DNA of 64,000 nucleotides, taken from IMG/VR virus record IMGVR_UViG_3300037010_003311, positions 62,001-126,000 of that record; one strand, 5' to 3'. The notes below the pieces were generated by a model that saw only the letters and a list, made by a program, of their open reading frames with translations, did no database searches and was not told the DNA's origin. How positions within the stretch are numbered: position 1 is the stretch's first letter; each line of letters begins with the position of its first letter. The translations under genes and the position numbers were made by a program. Shown here piece by piece: positions 36,487 through 46,636 of this stretch.

Positions 36487-38733
36487 TTATGCTATGAATT
36501 TATGAATTCCAATTTCTCTAAAATAAAATGGTTCATCATCGGTTGTTCTATCTATAGTAAAAGTTAAAAATCCATTACTATTTGCAATTAAACTTGCTGG
36601 TAATCTAGCTGCCATATAATTACTATACCTTTGCGAATTATAATGTTTAGCGAATGGATTTATGTAAGTAGTTCTTAATCTTTCAATCGGTTGTCCATTA
36701 CATTTTAAACTTGTATGTGAACCATTTTGCCAGTTATCTTTATGTCCTATAATATAGATCAAACGATCTTCTGTTTCGTTTAAATAATCAATTACTGGAA
36801 TACGAAAATTACTAGCTGTTGATCCAACAAAATAAGCTAGGTTATCACTATTCCAATTATCACTATTCCAGCCAATAGAATGTTCACTATTATTAATTGC
36901 CCAATATATACCACGTGCGGATATACTAGTATGTTTGAATGGATTCTTACTAAATGCAATTCCTGATATCCAATTATCACCAGGAACAAAAGTACCAGCT
37001 GAATCTTTATAAGTGCCACCATAAAGCGTTAGAGCTAAACAAGTTACATTATTTAAAATTATAGTTTTCTGATTATTTGGATTATTTTTATCTATCGGAA
37101 TTGGCACCCACTTATGATAAAATTGAGATGAATCAGTCATACCACCATCTGGGGTAAAAGTTATTAGATTTCGATAGCCACCAGCGTAACGAGCATAGTA
37201 CTCAGCAGAGTCAGCCGATCCAGTTCCAGCAGAAGTAGAGTGAAAAGTACCATAAAGGTTCACTCTATCATTAGTAACACGTAGCCAAACTATATCATAT
37301 TCTATTGGCATATTTACCTTGAAATCATGAATTGCTGAAGAACCATACTTAATTAGCTTTCTTTTATTCCATAATGTTGTAGCATATGATGTTTCATCAT
37401 ATTCGCTAGTCATATCACCTTTGGTAATAACCTGCTGGGTTTTAGCCGTGAATATATCGTGATAAATAATGCAATCATTTGCATTATAGGTATTATGTTT
37501 ATTATTCAATAAAAAGTCTATAGTATCCTGATATTTCTGCCATTTATCTTCATCTGCTTTTTGAATTGCACTAAATACATATGAAAGATTCGCAATCTGT
37601 AAACTAGTTGAGTTCAAAGTCACTGGTGCAGTTGGCGCAGTTGGTAAACCAGTTAAAGTTGGACTAACTAAAGTAGCGTACTTAGATGGATCAAAATTAT
37701 GAGTACCATAAAGTTCGTAGAAGTTATTTAAAAAATTTACATGAATCTTACTCGTTATACCATTACTAGTTTGAATAGTATCAAATCTAAACCCATGATC
37801 ATACGTAGTATTATTTATATCCGACTTAATACCAAAATCTGAACTTTTTAAAGTTGTATATGGTAACGCGTTGGGCACCGAATTAAAATTAAAATGATAA
37901 TTGGAATTAGTATTAGAATTAATAGAAGCTGGAATAAAAGTATCATCTACTTTATTATTCCATACAGTTATATCATTATCAGATACAAATCTATTCTTTG
38001 GAGTACTAGTTAAAGCATCAGTGCTTATAGTTGACCATGCTCGTTTGATCCTAGCATCGGAAGTTAAAGTAAAAGCATAATAAACATCGGTTGGATCAAA
38101 TGGTATTTGGTTGGCATTAGTAGTAACGACCTCTTGATCTTTTAATGTTAATTTTACTGTAATATCTTCTGTACCATCTAAAGCAAATGAATCCATAATA
38201 ATATTATTAGAACTGTCACCAACTATATTAATTGGAGCTAATAATTTATTAGCGCTATTAGCATTAGCATTAACTTGAACCAGACTCGAATTATTATGGT
38301 TCGGTGTAAATAGTTCAATCTTATTCAAATTACCATCTACCATAAGATTTAATTTATAACTATCGCTTCTAAGGTTAGTTGTAGCCAGTGTATTTATATA
38401 AGATTCAGTAATATTATCAATAATAAGATTTTTAGTTAAAACCTGGTCATTATTGATATTGGCAATGAATTCAGCATTGCCGTCTAACATTAAAATCTTA
38501 TTTGGTGTTTTAGTAATTACGAATTGGGATTGTATATTTTCAACTAACGCTTTTAAATAGTTAACTCTAGATACTAACTGATAGCTCTGAATATTAGCAC
38601 TATTACATTTTGTTATATCAACCTGATCATTAACTATATCATTAACAAACGCCCCGATATATGAATCTTGGTACATATGACAAACAATGTTATCGATCCA
38701 AGTCGTAAGATTACTCTCGTTAATATAAGCCAT
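36487..38733 (-). CDS. Putative virion structural/tail-fibre-like protein
   Basis: N/T/S-rich; SPTLTGLPTAPTAP fibre-type repeat motif; distal end of structural gene block. Confidence 0.6.
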   Translation of the reverse strand: MAYINESNLTTWIDNIVCHMYQDSYIGAFVNDIVNDQVDITKCNSANIQSYQLVSRVNYLKALVENIQSQFVITKTPNKILMLDGNAEFIANINNDQVLTKNLIIDNITESYINTLATTNLRSDSYKLNLMVDGNLNKIELFTPNHNNSSLVQVNANANSANKLLAPINIVGDSSNNIIMDSFALDGTEDITVKLTLKDQEVVTTNANQIPFDPTDVYYAFTLTSDARIKRAWSTISTDALTSTPKNRFVSDNDITVWNNKVDDTFIPASINSNTNSNYHFNFNSVPNALPYTTLKSSDFGIKSDINNTTYDHGFRFDTIQTSNGITSKIHVNFLNNFYELYGTHNFDPSKYATLVSPTLTGLPTAPTAPVTLNSTSLQIANLSYVFSAIQKADEDKWQKYQDTIDFLLNNKHNTYNANDCIIYHDIFTAKTQQVITKGDMTSEYDETSYATTLWNKRKLIKYGSSAIHDFKVNMPIEYDIVWLRVTNDRVNLYGTFHSTSAGTGSADSAEYYARYAGGYRNLITFTPDGGMTDSSQFYHKWVPIPIDKNNPNNQKTIILNNVTCLALTLYGGTYKDSAGTFVPGDNWISGIAFSKNPFKHTSISARGIYWAINNSEHSIGWNSDNWNSDNLAYFVGSTASNFRIPVIDYLNETEDRLIYIIGHKDNWQNGSHTSLKCNGQPIERLRTTYINPFAKHYNSQRYSNYMAARLPASLIANSNGFLTFTIDRTTDDEPFYFREIGIHKFIA

Positions 38734-38743
38734 CTTTTACCCT

Positions 38744-39121
38744 TTAAAATTTAAGATATTGTTTTTTCCAAAAGGCCCAAAATTCTTTGTTTAATTCTAC
38801 TTCTGTATAATCGGTATCGAATATAACTTTTAACCAGATAGTACTTTTTTTACTCTCTTTAGTTAAATCTTCGGAGATTACTAAAATTCGATCTTGATTT
38901 ATAATAAGATTTGGGCCAAGTTTTATATACTTGTTTAATTTTTCATTTTTTAATGTTTCTAATAGTTTATCCGGTGTTATTTCAATTTTTAATTTTTTAA
39001 CTTTAATAATATTTCTAAATGTTATAAAAACTTCATTTTCTTTAATTTCGAAGAATGAAATATTATTTAAAAAAATATATTTACTTGAACCATCAACTTC
39101 GGTAACTTTTAATTGTTTCAT
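38744..39121 (-). CDS. Hypothetical basic protein, two internal beta-rich repeats (LytTR/FlbD-like?)
   Basis: Two KYI..L/N..I...I units; weak resemblance only. Confidence 0.6.
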   Translation of the reverse strand: MKQLKVTEVDGSSKYIFLNNISFFEIKENEVFITFRNIIKVKKLKIEITPDKLLETLKNEKLNKYIKLGPNLIINQDRILVISEDLTKESKKSTIWLKVIFDTDYTEVELNKEFWAFWKKQYLKF

Positions 39122-39151
39122 TGAACATTCCTTTTTAATATTTTAGTTTAT

Positions 39152-39679
39152 TTAACCAAAGGTTGCATTAACAAGAGGACCACTATTTTTAGCTATAGTT
39201 CCAATTGTATGTATGAAAGCTTTTTCGGCTTCAATAAGTTCTGGAGCAGTGTCAAAATGCTCCAATATTATAATCCAGGTCTTTTGGTACTCAGCCCATG
39301 AACTTGGTAGATTCGGGTTATTATTTTCCATTATATGTTTATCTAATTCTTGGAATTTTTTAGTTTTAATTTGATTACCTAATTCACTATATGGTTCTTC
39401 TGAATCTTTACCTTTTAAAAATTCGGCTATGTGTTGGTTATGTCTATAACCATGATTGCTGGATGCTTTACCTATATAGAGTGGTTCATAACCAAATGTA
39501 AAACGTTTACCAAGTACGGTATAAGTAGTTTGAACTGGTTTAAATGGATCCAAATAACAATAGATATAAAATCTATGAACTTTTAAATCATGATAATTAT
39601 CTTTTGGTATAACTTTTTGAAAAGATAAATATTTTAATTGATTCACCCCTATTGGTACTGGTTTAGGTTTTTGTTGCAT
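39152..39679 (-). CDS. GIY-YIG-family nuclease
   Basis: FYIYCYLDP...PLYIGKA...RHNQH; E..A...E..FI helix. Confidence 0.75.
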   Translation of the reverse strand: MQQKPKPVPIGVNQLKYLSFQKVIPKDNYHDLKVHRFYIYCYLDPFKPVQTTYTVLGKRFTFGYEPLYIGKASSNHGYRHNQHIAEFLKGKDSEEPYSELGNQIKTKKFQELDKHIMENNNPNLPSSWAEYQKTWIIILEHFDTAPELIEAEKAFIHTIGTIAKNSGPLVNATFG

Positions 39680-39701
39680 TATTTACCTTTCTTTTTTCGC
39701 A

Positions 39702-40244
39702 TTATTTTAGCATTTTTTCTAATTGAGCGCCCTCAAAGTTTTTCCCTAGATTTAGAAGTACTGTATGATCAGCAGCATTAATAGCCCAACAACGAATATA
39801 ATGCAACTGGTTAATAACTATATCTGTTATACATTTATATATATTTTGCATGTATATATCATTTTTCGAATTACCAGCTATACATATAGCTATGTAGTCT
39901 TCATAACCAGGTAGTGGAGTCTTGTAAGTGATTGGCCGACTCTGTATAGCAATATAATCCGTACCAACTAGTTCGATCCAATAATGCCACGGTGTAAAAT
40001 ACCCTTGCCAGTTTTTACGCTTTAATTCCATCTTAATATCATTAAATGTAAATTTAGCACTATCTAGGTTTATCAATTCCATTGGATAAAAAGGATTATT
40101 ATAACTATCAAATATAACTATTCCTTTTGGAGCAGTGGTAAGATTATTAGTTTTTTTAAAATCTTTTTCTACAGATAAATCATATTTAAAATGTTTAAAT
40201 GGGTCAAGTTGTAATTTTGTCATATTGTGGTATTCCTTGTTCAA
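39702..40244 (-). CDS. Amidase_2/PGRP-fold-like protein, probably non-catalytic
   Basis: GIVIFDS...PWHYWI...IQSRP...IAICIAG parallels the T7-lysozyme layout but lacks the first Zn-binding His. Confidence 0.45.
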   Translation of the reverse strand: MNKEYHNMTKLQLDPFKHFKYDLSVEKDFKKTNNLTTAPKGIVIFDSYNNPFYPMELINLDSAKFTFNDIKMELKRKNWQGYFTPWHYWIELVGTDYIAIQSRPITYKTPLPGYEDYIAICIAGNSKNDIYMQNIYKCITDIVINQLHYIRCWAINAADHTVLLNLGKNFEGAQLEKMLK

Positions 40245-41403
40245 ATACTAGATCTATAATATTTTCAAAAATATTATAATAATCAAAATGGTTTAAACTT
40301 TTTTTGGTTGCTATCATAAGACCAGTACCAGCTTGGTTTGCTGGATACATTTTCTTTGTATCTATTGCATTGTTATAAGCGAGTTGTACTAGTTCCGTAT
40401 CGGCTCCAGCAACTAAAGCATTCCCTGTTAATAAGGTTCGTTGTAAAGCATTCGTTTCCGTAGATGAATTATATACTATAGCCACAGTACTAATAATTTT
40501 AATTATTTTATCAAAATTATCAACTGCACTGGCGCAAGCATCTATAAGTTTAACCCGTGCCATAATATTATCATGAATTAATGCATTAAATGTTGCGCAT
40601 CCAGTTTTAAGACTTTCGTAACTAAATACGCTATCGGGATTAATTAAAAAATTATTTTTATCTTCTGCTGTAGCCGAGGCATTAAAAATACCAAGTTCTT
40701 TAATAAAGTTTTTTAGATAGTTATTATAATCTTCAAATAAACCATTTGGTTCGGTAAATAATGAAGTACTATCTTTTAATCCGGGGAAAATAATAATTGG
40801 CTCAACGAAAGTACTATTACCATCTATATCCGTACCCATATAACCTTGAGTAAATCTTGGCTTCAAAAATGTGCCATCATTAATGGTTAAATAAAGATTA
40901 CCAACCGATACCATCATATTATTAGCATTACATATGTACGTATTAATTAGGTTGGTTTTAGCCGTATAATCCATTCCAAATTTTAATATTTTATCTTGGA
41001 AGGCTATAGCTTTGGTTACTAGAGTATTGAAGTTATCTAGTATTTGACCAATATTTAAAATACTAGTTATTTCTGGAATCCAATTATTACCAGTCACGAC
41101 ATCCTGCATTTCTACAGTTTTAACTATAGTATCATTTACCAACGTATAATCGATCTTAGGTACTTCAATACAGGTTTGTGTTTTATTCGACCAGTTAAAA
41201 CCACATACCTGTTCCATAACTGGTAAGGATTCAATCACTTGTCTATCTTTAATCAGTTGTAATTGATAAAGAAAATGATTAGGATCTGGTTGCCCACTAC
41301 TATCAGTTACAGATAAAAAATTACTATCTGCCCCAATGAAATCAAAATCTAAAAATGCTTTAGCTTCATTGAATTGAGTATTTATATCATAATCTGTTGC
41401 CAT
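40204..41403 (-). CDS. Hypothetical (probably structural) protein
   Basis: 399 aa in baseplate block. Confidence 0.75.
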   Translation of the reverse strand: MATDYDINTQFNEAKAFLDFDFIGADSNFLSVTDSSGQPDPNHFLYQLQLIKDRQVIESLPVMEQVCGFNWSNKTQTCIEVPKIDYTLVNDTIVKTVEMQDVVTGNNWIPEITSILNIGQILDNFNTLVTKAIAFQDKILKFGMDYTAKTNLINTYICNANNMMVSVGNLYLTINDGTFLKPRFTQGYMGTDIDGNSTFVEPIIIFPGLKDSTSLFTEPNGLFEDYNNYLKNFIKELGIFNASATAEDKNNFLINPDSVFSYESLKTGCATFNALIHDNIMARVKLIDACASAVDNFDKIIKIISTVAIVYNSSTETNALQRTLLTGNALVAGADTELVQLAYNNAIDTKKMYPANQAGTGLMIATKKSLNHFDYYNIFENIIDLVFEQGIPQYDKITT

Positions 41404-41417
41404 TAAAAACCTTTTTA

Positions 41418-41708
41418 TTAATTAGTATATGATAATGGAGCAGTACCAAGAAGTATACCATTGCCACAACCAACTACTACAGAACCAGTTAATGCAACTG
41501 GTAATCCAGTGGAGAACTCCATAACTGAACCAGTAGTTATAACAGAAGAACCACAAGGAAATATTAGTACTGAACCAACAGTTGCAACCGGTAACCCGTT
41601 CTCCATATATAATGGAGACCCACTAATTACTAACCCAACCGCTGGATATGGATTTGGTGAACATACGCAAGTTCCAAATGCGGTCGAATTGACTAGCCCT
41701 AGATTCAT
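41418..41708 (-). CDS. PAAR-like baseplate spike tip protein
   Basis: 96 aa, repeated NG/TG-LPVA-xxGS motifs with Cys ligands. Confidence 0.85.
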   Translation of the reverse strand: MNLGLVNSTAFGTCVCSPNPYPAVGLVISGSPLYMENGLPVATVGSVLIFPCGSSVITTGSVMEFSTGLPVALTGSVVVGCGNGILLGTAPLSYTN

Positions 41709-41718
41709 AATTATTCCT

Positions 41719-44700
41719 TTAAAGTCCTTTAAAGCAAAGCTTTTGCATTAAGTACTGTTCATTCAAATTAGTTACCGGTAAAATTTTACTATCCATAATA
41801 AAATTACCAAGTAAAACTGGGAAAAAGTAAGAGAACTGTTTAGTCTCAAAATCGAACTCGGAAAGCATTGAAACGAAACTAAATATGAACTCATTTTCTA
41901 AAGTGTTTGACCAAAGCATATTGACGCTAGTTTGATTTTCATCTGTTGCAAACAACGTCAATTTATTTAAAAATTTATCATATTCAATTATTATATTGTA
42001 CCAAGTATCTATATTTAATATCATACTATGTTTTATAACTTGTTTCTTATTTGCTAATTCAAAAACAAGTTTTGAATCCTCTTGATTATAATACAAGTTG
42101 TTAAAATTTATGGTATCCGAAATAAGAGCTAATCGTGATGGCGTCTGTACGACATTACTAGCTATTGGTTTTATCCAAAACGACATTGTAAAGGTTGCTC
42201 GTTTTAAACTATCTTGGCAGAAAAAGTTAGTTATAAAACACTCTTTAATAGCACTTTTATAACTATTATTTATAACGGTTAAATTATTAGTCATTGAAGT
42301 AGCTGCAATATTTTTATTAAAAATATAATATGGGATACTTGTAGTTTGATGATCACGAACGTAATTATTTTCTATCCAACTTTTAACTTCTTGTGTAAGA
42401 GTTAGATTCTTGAAATCCTGTATCGGTAATTCACTATCTGAATAAAAATTATTAGAAATGTTTAATTCAAAATCTATGAATATCTCGGTCTTTGGTCTAA
42501 AATTCATCATCGAGAATTTAAAATAAACGTCTGGATTTATAACACTATTTGTAATACCTAGATCAAAAATTGTGCCACAAAACGTTTGATTCTTTAATAC
42601 TGGATTAGTAACTCTACCAAATCTAGATGGGAACAATATTGTACCATTGCTTAATTTTATGAGTTCAGCTTTAACTTTATTTTCATTAATTAAGGTAAAT
42701 GTATATTTTAACCCATCAAAAGTAATACTCATAAAGTAAAGAGTATTTGCTTTAATTGGCATCGGTATATTATTGGCATCCTGGATATTTAAAACGTTAG
42801 TTAAAAAAGTAAAGTTTGATATATTTATCATCGGCTGATAAATAGTATTACCACTCGCATCTTTAGATGAAGTTTCAACTATTTGAACAACTATTGTTTT
42901 TTCACTATTCAATTCTAAAAGTGGTAAACCATAAGTAGTGGTTTTTGTAGTAGTATTTACTAAACTATTGTATAAACTGGTATCAGTATTTTGAGTCCTT
43001 GCTATCTCCCAATCGGCTTTATCTTGTAACTGAGTAGTAAAACCTTTTAATAATGGAGTAATAATATCATTTATTACCGCAGCATTATTATCTAAAGTTT
43101 GTTTAGTATCAATTGGAAACGAACATGTATTATTTTGCCAGTTTTGAACAGCGTTAGCTTCTCTCGCAGCAATCTGCTCGGCAGTTGGGGCATATTGGGA
43201 TAATAAATCTTTTATACTATCAGCATGTTTCTTCAAAGCCTTTTCACATAGTTCCAAAATAGTATCACTATCAAGATAATTAAGTTTAGTATCAGGTAAT
43301 TGTGGAATATGGTAAATATCTTCGAAATCTCTATACCCAATCTCTATGTATGGGTAACGATTGAATAAAACATTTGGATCATACGTTGGTTTATTTATAT
43401 AGTTATCCATCGTATTCGAACCAGCTGGTAATAAATCAATTAATAAAATAACACTAACTTCATCATATTTATAATCATTGACTACATATATATCAGGATT
43501 AAGATCAAATATTTTTTGAACTTTAACTTTGATTGGGATATTATACTTTGGTGTTTCTGTTCCAAGATCTATTAATCTTATATCTAAACCATTTAAATCC
43601 GATACAAAAGTAACATACTTACTATTTATAGTACTATTTACTAATTCGGCACTAACTAGTTTTAAGCTAGAGTAACCACAATTTGCAACTCGGGTATCAG
43701 ATATAACTTCAGTTGGTGTACATTCTTTAGCTTTTTTATTATATTGAGCAGTTATATTAGTATTAGCCGCAGCAACTGAAGCCATGATTCCAGATATATC
43801 TAGATTATCGTATGGTAAGCTAATAGAGTCCAAAGGTATTTTTAGCTGCTCAACCATAATACTTTTGATTGCATTATCATGTGCTGGTATGGATTCAGAA
43901 AGTATTTGATTTTCTAAATTATTTAATCGAGTTTCATCAACTTGGAAAGAAAAATATATACTCCAGGTATTTGGTATAGTACCAGTAATTATATCAAAGG
44001 TTGGTAAATTATTAGTATCTATAATAGTAGAACAATCGAATTTTAATGTTGGAATATTTCGGAATTCATATTGTTCACCCGGTATAACATTATTAATTAC
44101 AAAATGATTTGCATTAGTACTATTTGTATCAATTGGAGTTACTTCACCAGAATTGTTAGGGTATGGATTAATTGGTGGATTAACTTGTGTATCTGGTACT
44201 TTTCCATTGGATGCAGCAAAGTTATTGGCTGTTATATTATAGTCGGTTATAGACTTTATAATCTCAGTATTGGTTTTAGGACCGATTGGTATAGTACTTG
44301 TCGTACCGCTTGATTTGGTTTCATCTAAATTACTACAAAATACTGGATCATTTGCATAATTCAAATAACCCTGTAATGAATCAATTAGTGAATTGGTTCG
44401 GTTTTTAATCTCGTTAAGGTTTTCAGATATAGCGAGTATATCCGCAGCACATTGTAACTTAGCTTTAATGAACCGGATTATATAGATCATATCTTTAGTT
44501 AATAAAGCATTAACTAACATCATAACTATTCTATCGAATATAACTTTAATAGCATCAATAATTAGATTCACTACATATTGTATTAGTGTACAGATAATGC
44601 TACAATCACAAGGTGGATTATCTTTACTCAATAGTGTTACCGACCGAGTATTAAATTTTAATAACTTTTGCCATGCTTCTATATCTGATTTATGTGATTC

Positions 44701-46611
44701 GCCAGTATCGAATAAGTTTTTAAATTGTGCTGGAAAAGGAATTCCAATTTCCTCGAATTTATCGGTATTATCTATCCAATATTGTGGATCTTGTAAAGTT
44801 AAAAGGTCGTCGATAATATAGATATTATTTTTAAGAAGAGTTAATTGTTCCCAACCAGCAGATCTTAGCCTAGTTAGGTACTCTATTTTTTTAGATTTTA
44901 GTTGTTGTACTAAAGCTGATACAAATAATGCTAACTCAGTATCAACACTAATTGCTAACTGAGTACTATATTTTGATTTCTGTAGAATACTATCTCCTAG
45001 TAATATAGCTTTGGTTAAAGTATCAGCATTATCTATTTCATTGAAGTATTCCCCAGCTGTAGTACCATTTTGGAATTTGTAATCATTCGCTAGCCCAACT
45101 ATTGGGGTAGTTCTGAATCCAGCATCCCAAGTTAAAGTTGGATGCCCTGGAAATTTTGTATCTAGATTTGTACGATTAATTAAAATGTATTTATTATTTT
45201 TATAATTTGAAGACTCACTGAATGGTAATCGGCCAAATAATTTATCACTAGCATCATTACTATTACTAATTGTTACGAATTCTGGAATTGGTATAAATAA
45301 ATTAAATACCGAAAATAAACAGCCACAGGAATTATCTAACTTATCCCCGATCAAGACATCAGTCATTAATAGACAATCTCGGTATTGGTTGATATTCTTT
45401 TGATTCTCAATCTTAGTCTCATTTAATTTTGCGGCTTCTACTAAAGCTAAACTTTTTTTAGCAGACTCTAACTCATCGTTTGAATTATCAAAATCAATTT
45501 GTAGTTTTTTACTGGTATCTTGATTTACAACTATAGCGTGATTTGTGCGGTCGATTTGAGTTCTTAAATCTTCCATATTAGACCGAGTATTTTCTATAAC
45601 CTTTTTTTGGTCGGTAGTGGGTGATGCAATATTATTTAAATCCTCATATATTAGTGAAGTTTTAATATATTGATTAGTATAATTGGCTAAATTATTTACT
45701 AATTTATCATATAATCTACTATTAATTAATAATCTGTCAAATTTCAAAAAAATATCTTCTTCTATAGCACTTATATTATTTTTTAATTTTTCTATACTAT
45801 CATCATTACTTGTGGTACTATTAGCTAATATTGTTCGATTCGACTCAATTATTGCAGCTCGTAGCCGAATATCATTATTTATATTGCTAACCACATCCGA
45901 AACAACTAGCTCATCCCTATTTTTACCAACACAATGTTTAAGTTTATGATCAACTTCTTTTAACGGATCAATTAATATATTTAGATAATCACCATTAAGT
46001 ATAGTGTTACTAATGTAATCGACTTCGGATATAAAGTTATAAACTGGTTTCATGAAATCTACTCCACCAGCTTTTAACCAAGGATTACCAGGTACCGGTC
46101 GAATTATACAAATTAGATTCTTGGTTACTTCATTAGCTTGGATCAAACCAGAAGCCACATCAATCATAATTGGTAATAAACCACTTGTTTTTCTGGAATT
46201 ATCAAATTGCTTTGGATGATTAACTTTATCTCCGCTATCACCAATAACCCACAGGAAGAGTGGTAGTATGCTTGAGTTATACATTTCTGCTAACTCACAA
46301 CACTTTAGATCTTCTATAATTTTAATAAAAGAATCATTGATACTAGAGATATATCCGGCACCAGTATTAATTTTATTAAAAAGATTATAATTTAATGGAG
46401 ACTTCTGGAAAAAATCATTAAAGAAATCAAAGTTTATAACATATGACCCAAAAGTAATGTTACAACTATTAATTGGGGTGCTAATAGTTGCTGAACCGGA
46501 CAGTGAAGTTTTTAAAGAAGCTATATACTCCTGACCACCTGGATATATATTAGATTGAGTATTTAATTGCGTGGAAAATGAACCATTATTGGTAATTCCA
46601 TTTAATCCCAT
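41719..46611 (-). CDS. Large virion/baseplate protein with C-terminal LamG/ConA-like domain
   Basis: 1630 aa; central coiled coils; FTMSFWIKP...WYNIIIEYD; lies between spike and PAAR genes. Confidence 0.7.
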   Translation of the reverse strand: MGLNGITNNGSFSTQLNTQSNIYPGGQEYIASLKTSLSGSATISTPINSCNITFGSYVINFDFFNDFFQKSPLNYNLFNKINTGAGYISSINDSFIKIIEDLKCCELAEMYNSSILPLFLWVIGDSGDKVNHPKQFDNSRKTSGLLPIMIDVASGLIQANEVTKNLICIIRPVPGNPWLKAGGVDFMKPVYNFISEVDYISNTILNGDYLNILIDPLKEVDHKLKHCVGKNRDELVVSDVVSNINNDIRLRAAIIESNRTILANSTTSNDDSIEKLKNNISAIEEDIFLKFDRLLINSRLYDKLVNNLANYTNQYIKTSLIYEDLNNIASPTTDQKKVIENTRSNMEDLRTQIDRTNHAIVVNQDTSKKLQIDFDNSNDELESAKKSLALVEAAKLNETKIENQKNINQYRDCLLMTDVLIGDKLDNSCGCLFSVFNLFIPIPEFVTISNSNDASDKLFGRLPFSESSNYKNNKYILINRTNLDTKFPGHPTLTWDAGFRTTPIVGLANDYKFQNGTTAGEYFNEIDNADTLTKAILLGDSILQKSKYSTQLAISVDTELALFVSALVQQLKSKKIEYLTRLRSAGWEQLTLLKNNIYIIDDLLTLQDPQYWIDNTDKFEEIGIPFPAQFKNLFDTGESHKSDIEAWQKLLKFNTRSVTLLSKDNPPCDCSIICTLIQYVVNLIIDAIKVIFDRIVMMLVNALLTKDMIYIIRFIKAKLQCAADILAISENLNEIKNRTNSLIDSLQGYLNYANDPVFCSNLDETKSSGTTSTIPIGPKTNTEIIKSITDYNITANNFAASNGKVPDTQVNPPINPYPNNSGEVTPIDTNSTNANHFVINNVIPGEQYEFRNIPTLKFDCSTIIDTNNLPTFDIITGTIPNTWSIYFSFQVDETRLNNLENQILSESIPAHDNAIKSIMVEQLKIPLDSISLPYDNLDISGIMASVAAANTNITAQYNKKAKECTPTEVISDTRVANCGYSSLKLVSAELVNSTINSKYVTFVSDLNGLDIRLIDLGTETPKYNIPIKVKVQKIFDLNPDIYVVNDYKYDEVSVILLIDLLPAGSNTMDNYINKPTYDPNVLFNRYPYIEIGYRDFEDIYHIPQLPDTKLNYLDSDTILELCEKALKKHADSIKDLLSQYAPTAEQIAAREANAVQNWQNNTCSFPIDTKQTLDNNAAVINDIITPLLKGFTTQLQDKADWEIARTQNTDTSLYNSLVNTTTKTTTYGLPLLELNSEKTIVVQIVETSSKDASGNTIYQPMINISNFTFLTNVLNIQDANNIPMPIKANTLYFMSITFDGLKYTFTLINENKVKAELIKLSNGTILFPSRFGRVTNPVLKNQTFCGTIFDLGITNSVINPDVYFKFSMMNFRPKTEIFIDFELNISNNFYSDSELPIQDFKNLTLTQEVKSWIENNYVRDHQTTSIPYYIFNKNIAATSMTNNLTVINNSYKSAIKECFITNFFCQDSLKRATFTMSFWIKPIASNVVQTPSRLALISDTINFNNLYYNQEDSKLVFELANKKQVIKHSMILNIDTWYNIIIEYDKFLNKLTLFATDENQTSVNMLWSNTLENEFIFSFVSMLSEFDFETKQFSYFFPVLLGNFIMDSKILPVTNLNEQYLMQKLCFKGL

Positions 46612-46636
46612 AATATTCCTTTAAATTTTATTTAAC

